The notes beneath the pieces are model-generated. The model searched no databases, was not told where the DNA came from, and was given only the letters and a program-made list of their open reading frames with translations. Source: Nageia nagi (taxonomy: Eukaryota > Plantae > Pinophyta). Taken from it: a DNA stretch of 64,000 bases. The position numbers and the translations under genes were made by a program. Shown here one piece after another: positions 59,501 to 64,000 of this stretch. Location: NCBI GenBank assembly GCA_050084985.1, contig JBITNC010000002.1:3968001-4032000 (forward strand). The letters run 5' to 3'. Position 1 is the stretch's first letter; every line of letters starts with the position of its first letter.

Positions 59501-60827
59501 AGGCCTTGAGGCACATCAAAGAAAATCTTCATAATGGATTATATTATATATTTGGTAGGATTATTTCCCTATTTGAATACACTGATTCTGATTGGGTGGA
59601 GATTAAGATGTTAGAAAATTCACAATAGGATAAATATTTCAACTTAATTCATAGCCCATTACTTGGATTAGCAAGAAATAAATTGCTAGCTCCTTATCTT
59701 CCACTGAGGTAGAATATTGAACAACTAGAAAAGGAGGAAAATAAATATTTTATTTGAGATTGGTTCAAAATCATCCTACCACTATCATGTGAAATAATCA
59801 AAATGCTATCAGATTAGGACACAACCAAGTCTTTCATGATAGAACCAAATATGCTGCATTTGATATGCATTATAGAAGAGAACTTGTCCATAACAACCAA
59901 GTCTTTCATGATAGAACCAAATATGCTGAATTTGATATGCATTATAGAATAGAACTTGTCCATAACAAAGTAGTGGATTTATGTTATTGTAAGAGTGAAG
60001 ACCAAATGGTTGATATCTTCACATGAGAGAACGTTTATAAAAAGCTTAGAATTATAGAGGTCAACATTAAGGAGATATAATAGCTAATAGTTTCCTCCTA
60101 TCTATTCGCTGCTCTCATTCAATTTTTTTTTTTTTTTTGCAATATTAATACTAAGGAAAATTTTAATAGGCATGTAATATACTACTATGTAATATTGTCA
60201 ACATCGCATCCAATTTATAATTGTGTTAATAAACAGTTCCAAGACTATAGTGAATAAGAACTCTTATTTTATGATGATATTTTATAACTGTATGACAGTG
60301 AAAAAATAATTAAAGAAAAAATGATCATTCTAAAAATTACTGACCCGCATTGGCTCAACCAAGTAAATCACACAACCCATCCTTCATAGTACAGTTTTTA
60401 AATCGCATAACCCATCCTTCATAGTACAGTCACTGGGGCAATTGTGCACCCTAAAAATATGAAATGCAAGAGCAAAAGATTCTCAAATAGTCTAAGAACA
60501 CTCAGAAGGAAGTGGCAGATACCCATGAAATGTTAAATCATGTACTGTTGACTGAATTGTGATGGGTTTTTTGGCTGTAAATCTTTCAACGACTTTGACA
60601 TTGTTCTTCAAAATAAAAAAGAGAAGAAGGAAACAATACGTTCGCAAAATTGAATAATAGAGAAAGAGAGTACATATCTATTCATAGATCAATAGAGTAC
60701 ATGCTAGTGACAGCTTTAAAGTTGGCAACAACGCATTTGTGTAGAAAGTCAAGAAAAAGATGCTCACCCCTGGAACATATGCAACATACTGTCGAGGATT
60801 TGCCTTTCTGATTCCTAGCTGACAATC
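35493..60827 (-). CDS. HISN1: ATP phosphoribosyltransferase (long-form HisG, plastid His biosynthesis), exons 2-11; exon 1 not in window
   Basis: Ten GT-AG, phase-0 exons join into 945 nt (314 aa + TGA) with no stop or frameshift. They are colinear with plant ATP-PRT (NPRQY, WFxRPKDIVR, STADGxLEAAP, GTTLx[15 protein letters not shown], GPTx[16 protein letters not shown]). Confidence 0.97.
35724..35843 (-). CDS. HISN1: ATP-PRT exon: [40 protein letters not shown]
   Basis: cctatag| 120 nt |gtaagt. Confidence 0.96.
36220..36300 (-). CDS. HISN1: ATP-PRT exon: [27 protein letters not shown]
   Basis: tacacag| 81 nt |gtaaga. Confidence 0.96.
36503..36616 (-). CDS. HISN1: ATP-PRT exon: [38 protein letters not shown]
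   Basis: atttcag| 114 nt |gtattg. Confidence 0.96.
36882..36983 (-). CDS. HISN1: ATP-PRT exon: [34 protein letters not shown]
   Basis: gtcacag| 102 nt |gttatt. Confidence 0.96.
38287..38370 (-). CDS. HISN1: ATP-PRT exon: [28 protein letters not shown]
   Basis: gttgcag| 84 nt |gtatga. Confidence 0.96.
38583..38690 (-). CDS. HISN1: ATP-PRT exon: [36 protein letters not shown]
   Basis: ttatcag| 108 nt |gtatgg. Confidence 0.96.
38796..38861 (-). CDS. HISN1: ATP-PRT exon: [22 protein letters not shown]
   Basis: tgcacag| 66 nt |gtatgt. Confidence 0.96.
38934..39033. repeat. 39-bp tandem repeat x ~2.5 in the intron, near the acceptor
   Basis: attgatcaatcatcagactctagagaaatttaaaataaa starts at 38934, 38973 and 39012. 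Confidence 0.9.
39124..39290 (+). mobile_element. tRNA-derived SINE-like element (candidate)
   Basis: A-box-like TGGTTAAGTTAG at 39131 and B box GTTCGATTCC at 39176 (45-nt spacing, as in tRNA), followed by a short non-tRNA body. No TSD confirmed. Confidence 0.45.
39765..41045 (-). mobile_element. Gypsy-family solo LTR inserted in the Copia 3 3' LTR
   Basis: Absent from the 5' LTR, ends ..gggaatgttaca at 41045, and shares ccatccgatggcatt and cccacgttg repeats with the LTRs at 41760 and 45230. Left end and TSD are unclear. Confidence 0.7.
41760..43010 (-). mobile_element. Gypsy-family solo LTR inserted in Copia 3 RT
   Basis: TGTGATG..CATCACA termini, TSD AATGT (41755-41759 / 43011-43015). Removal restores SRLDI|AHVVSLV. 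Confidence 0.92.
45328..45613 (-). mobile_element. Internally deleted small solo LTR inserted in the Gypsy 5' LTR
   Basis: TSD GAAGG (45323-45327 / 45614-45618); absent from the 3' LTR. Reverse complement matches 21682-22178 minus ~210 bp. Confidence 0.88.
49198..49570 (+). repeat. 30-bp period repeat array (core cccacgttgag) replacing pol in the Gypsy element
   Basis: About 12 degenerate units with c(a/c)cgttg or catgttg recurring every 30 nt; lies in open frame 49195-49962. Confidence 0.8.
54927..55560 (-). mobile_element. Tat/Ogre-like Gypsy RNase H-integrase fragment
   Basis: [65 protein letters not shown] and AHSGTCNSH. Confidence 0.8.
56167..57291 (+). mobile_element. Solo LTR of the same Gypsy family as 45230-51184
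   Basis: tgtgaagtcccatttggacc..catcaca, TSD TGTAC (56162-56166 / 57292-57296). Colinear with the paired LTRs except for a diverged 3' part. Confidence 0.95.
58004..58117 (-). CDS. HISN1: ATP-PRT exon: [38 protein letters not shown]
   Basis: cattcag| 114 nt |gtacat. Confidence 0.96.
59030..60080 (+). mobile_element. Copia RT/RNase H remnant 4 in the HISN1 intron
   Basis: [46 protein letters not shown] and DQMVDIFT; heavily decayed. Confidence 0.85.
59821..59968. repeat. 72-bp tandem duplication in Copia RNase H
   Basis: acaaccaagtctttcatgatagaacc.. starts at 59821 and 59893; two mismatches between the copies. Confidence 0.9.
60768..60827 (-). CDS. HISN1: ATP-PRT exon: [20 protein letters not shown]
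   Basis: ttggcag| 60 nt |gtgagc. Confidence 0.95.
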
Positions 60828-61779
60828 CTGCCAAGAAACCAATAACATTTAGCATAATTCTCCACCAACGCAGCCAATGAGACCAACTGTAGTTGCCATG
60901 AAGTGATCCTCAGGGCAGAGAGATCCTTTTGAACCTCGATGTCGAAGTGCATTTTTCAATTATTTAAATTATTTTAAAAATAAAAAATTGAAACTATTTT
61001 TCAAATCAATTATTTTATTTGAAATCAAAATGTAAGGTAATGTTGGAGACAATGATGAATGAGACCTTTTTAACAGGCTTATAAATTTCTTAAGACATTA
61101 ATTATAAAATATAATATATTATTTAAATATATATATATATATATAGTTTAAATTGTAATAGACATAAAGAAATAGATTTTATAAGATTTTAATTATAAAA
61201 TATAATTTATTATTAAAAAAATAGAAATTAGTTTTAATTGTAATATGTATAAAGAAATAATTATTTATGAAAAATATGTATGAGTTAAATAATTTAATTC
61301 TTGAGATAAATGAGTTTATTTTTAAGATGATTTAATTATAAATCATAAAGTTTTAATTATAAATGATATATTTTTAGATACTAGAATTTTATATAGGCAA
61401 TAATTTGATATGTGTTAATGTAAATCAAAAGTTTTGTAAAAGAGAAAAGAAGTTTGTACTAGTTTGAAAGATTAAAAGGAATTTGTAAAACATTATTTTA
61501 TTCAATATATGATAATTTTATGTATGTATATTGTAGAAGTTTTTTAATAACAATTCATTTTCATGGTATTATGTTCAATTTCAACATATTTTGTTTACAA
61601 TATTACCTATTTTTTTGTACACAATTTTCATCTATTATCAAAGTACGTTGGTTTGAGTTTGTGGTGTTTTCAAAAAAGAATAAAGCAAATTTAAGTATTT
61701 TTTTAGAGCTAAATTTAATAGCAAATGCAAACAATGGTATTTTATATATTTAGATTCTTCAATGTAATGAAAAATATAT

Positions 61780-62816
61780 ATATGAATATCGAAGTATTAA
61801 AATGAAAATACTTTTTTGCTCTTAAAATTTGTGAACTAATTGATCAAATGCTTATAATGTTTTGAATCAAACCCAAAATGATGTATTAAAAGAAAATAGG
61901 AAAAAGAATGTGAAGGTTTTGTTCTTCATTCAAGAAGCAATGGAGGAGTCCACCTTTTCGAACGTAGGAGTAGCTACTAAATTTGGCAAGCTTGCAAAAT
62001 ATTTAACAAAGAACAAGTAAAGTGAATATTATGAGATTACAAGTGCTTAGAAGGGAATTTCATAACCTTTAGAAGAAAAAATCAAAGAATATGAATGAAT
62101 TGTTTGCTCGTACAATGGGTGTGTTAAATCAAACAAAGTTCATGGAGAGACCATGAAGGAACAAAAAAAAATTCAGAAGACCTTTAGAATTTTACCAACA
62201 AGATTTGATCTCATAGTTGTAGTTATTGAGGAGTCTAAAGATTTATCAATGTTGAGCATTGAAGAGCTTATGGGTTCTTTACAAACACATGAAACAACTT
62301 GTCCCTCTCTTGAGGATGCATTTAAATTATAAATATCCTTCAAAGAGAAAGGGAAAAGAACATATTATCACCATGGAGATTCACTAAAAGGTAGCAATAG
62401 AGGTAGAGTAAAAAAAATTTCAATGATGGAACATCAAGCAATTTTCATTAAAGAGGAAGAATAATTTGTAACTTTCATGAAGCAAATGGAAGATGCAAAG
62501 CCAACAACGATAATCATGCATATGGAGGTCATGAAAGGTATGATAAATCTCATGTTTAATGTCATTACCATAAGAAATTTGGTCATTATGCTAATGAATG
62601 TAGAAAAAAATTATTTGATATGAATAAGCAAAATATAGATTTTTCTAAGGAAAATCAAGCTAAAAATGGAAGTAGTGGATTTATATTTATCACATCCATT
62701 GTTATTGGAAAAAGTACCAAAGAGGTTTGGTATTTAGATAATGATTATAACAATCATATAAGTGGAGACAAGGATATGTTTACAAATATCAATAAGCCTA
62801 TAGAATCAAAGGTGAA
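61780..62816 (+). mobile_element. Copia gag-protease remnant 5 (upstream of HISN1 exon 2)
   Basis: LFFIQEAMEE, LQVLRREF, VVVIEESKDLSMLSIEELMGSLQTHE, FGHYANEC and VWYLDNDYNNHISG. Confidence 0.85.
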
Positions 62817-64000
62817 TGTAGACACCCCAAAAATGCATAAAATCAACATTTACCAACATTTGAGCATAAATCATAACATTGATCAAAATTGATTAAAATA
62901 ATTAAAATTATAACAATTTGCAATTGATCGATCGATTGGCTAATCGATCTACCAATCCTAGGGGTTTGATATAGTCATCTGAATGATTAGAAATAAAGCA
63001 TTTATAAAAAGTCATTGATGACCCCATTTGTGATTTTAGTACTTCATTATGAGTCTTATGACTTTCTAATATGAGCAATGCAAAGCACATATCTGAGCAC
63101 TCTGATCAATTAAACACTTCATCAAGCATTTGTTAGAGTTTTATAAGAAACCCACCTTATATATGAGCTACAACAAGGTTTCTCACCTCATCTTCATGAT
63201 GGAATGAGGTATCATTTAGCTTGTTTATCATATTATTATGCTTTGATCTTTGTCTTTCATGTGATTATGGGTCTTAATCATCATTTAGAGCTTTCTTGGA
63301 GCACAATTGGAGTTATTGTATCCTTCTTTAGCATATATTATCTTTATCTTGCATTTGTGTGCATATAGAGTGCATTTAGGCTAAATCCATCCTAGGGTTT
63401 TAGGATAGGTTAGGGTTTTAGTATAATTGAGCATATCCATCTTATCATATATCATCATGAAGCATTTCTATGGTGTTTTAGCTTTATGGACATTCTTGGT
63501 TATTCACAAAGATTATGTTGATCTCTTTCTTGATTCTAGGGTTTAAACATAGTTTCATATCTTGGTTTTAGCAAGAATCTTTATCATAATTGATAATACC
63601 CTTTATCATTGTTTAGCACTTTGTTAACAATTATCCTTTTGGGTGTTGTTAGTTACTCATGTGTTACACTTAGATGACTTTCTTGATTATTTAGGGGATC
63701 ATTTAGAATATCTTGTCATCATATCACTCGATATTATCATTTATCATTATCTTTAGCATATTTGTCAATCTTTATGTCAAAAACCATTATTAAGCATCTA
63801 ACATCATCATAGAATATCATTCATGCATGTAGGCATCTTTATGATTTCTACCATCCTCAATAAGGATAAAGGGGCCTACATATATTTGAGCTAGGGTTTA
63901 CCCTACTTATTGGGCTCTAGAGTCCTATGAACCTAGGGTTTGGGGTTCCTAGATATCAAAACAAGATCAAGATCACATCAAGAACATAAAGGATCATCCC
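62817..64000 (+). mobile_element. LTR (probably Gypsy) inserted in Copia 5, runs off window end
   Basis: Copia homology stops at tgtagacaccccaaaaatg, which resembles the terminus of solo LTR 19671-20656. Confidence 0.65.

Noticed and set aside
60816-60955. Short upstream ORF (MHFDIEVQKD..) as alternative ATP-PRT N-terminus
   Set aside because: It is out of frame with the DCQL exon, stops within it, and has no ATP-PRT similarity.

Overview
AT-rich, repeat-dense plant nuclear DNA. The giant TE-filled intron and the transposon mix suggest a large gymnosperm/conifer-type genome (inference). One host gene is present. It is a minus-strand ATP phosphoribosyltransferase (HISN1, hisG homologue) with 10 in-frame coding exons between 60827 and 35493; exon 1 is not in the window. 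It has a 19.1-kb intron packed with nested LTR retrotransposons and several substitutions at normally conserved PRPP-site and histidine-feedback positions. The rest is decayed mobile DNA. A 12.3-kb Sola2-like DNA transposon (1405-13699, GGGTCCA..TGGACCC termini, ATAT TSD) splits a Helentron/Helitron2-like Rep-helicase remnant. It carries a convergent accessory ORF, a tRNA-Lys pseudogene and telomere-like repeats. The window also holds a second PIF1 helicase remnant, five Copia remnants (one full-length, TSD ACCAC), a pol-less gag-protease Gypsy element (TSD TAGGG), several solo LTRs, a CACTA end, a SINE-like head, and an L1-type LINE with an apparent extra ORF between ORF2 and its poly(A) tail. 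All calls are by-eye motif recognition; no database searches were run.
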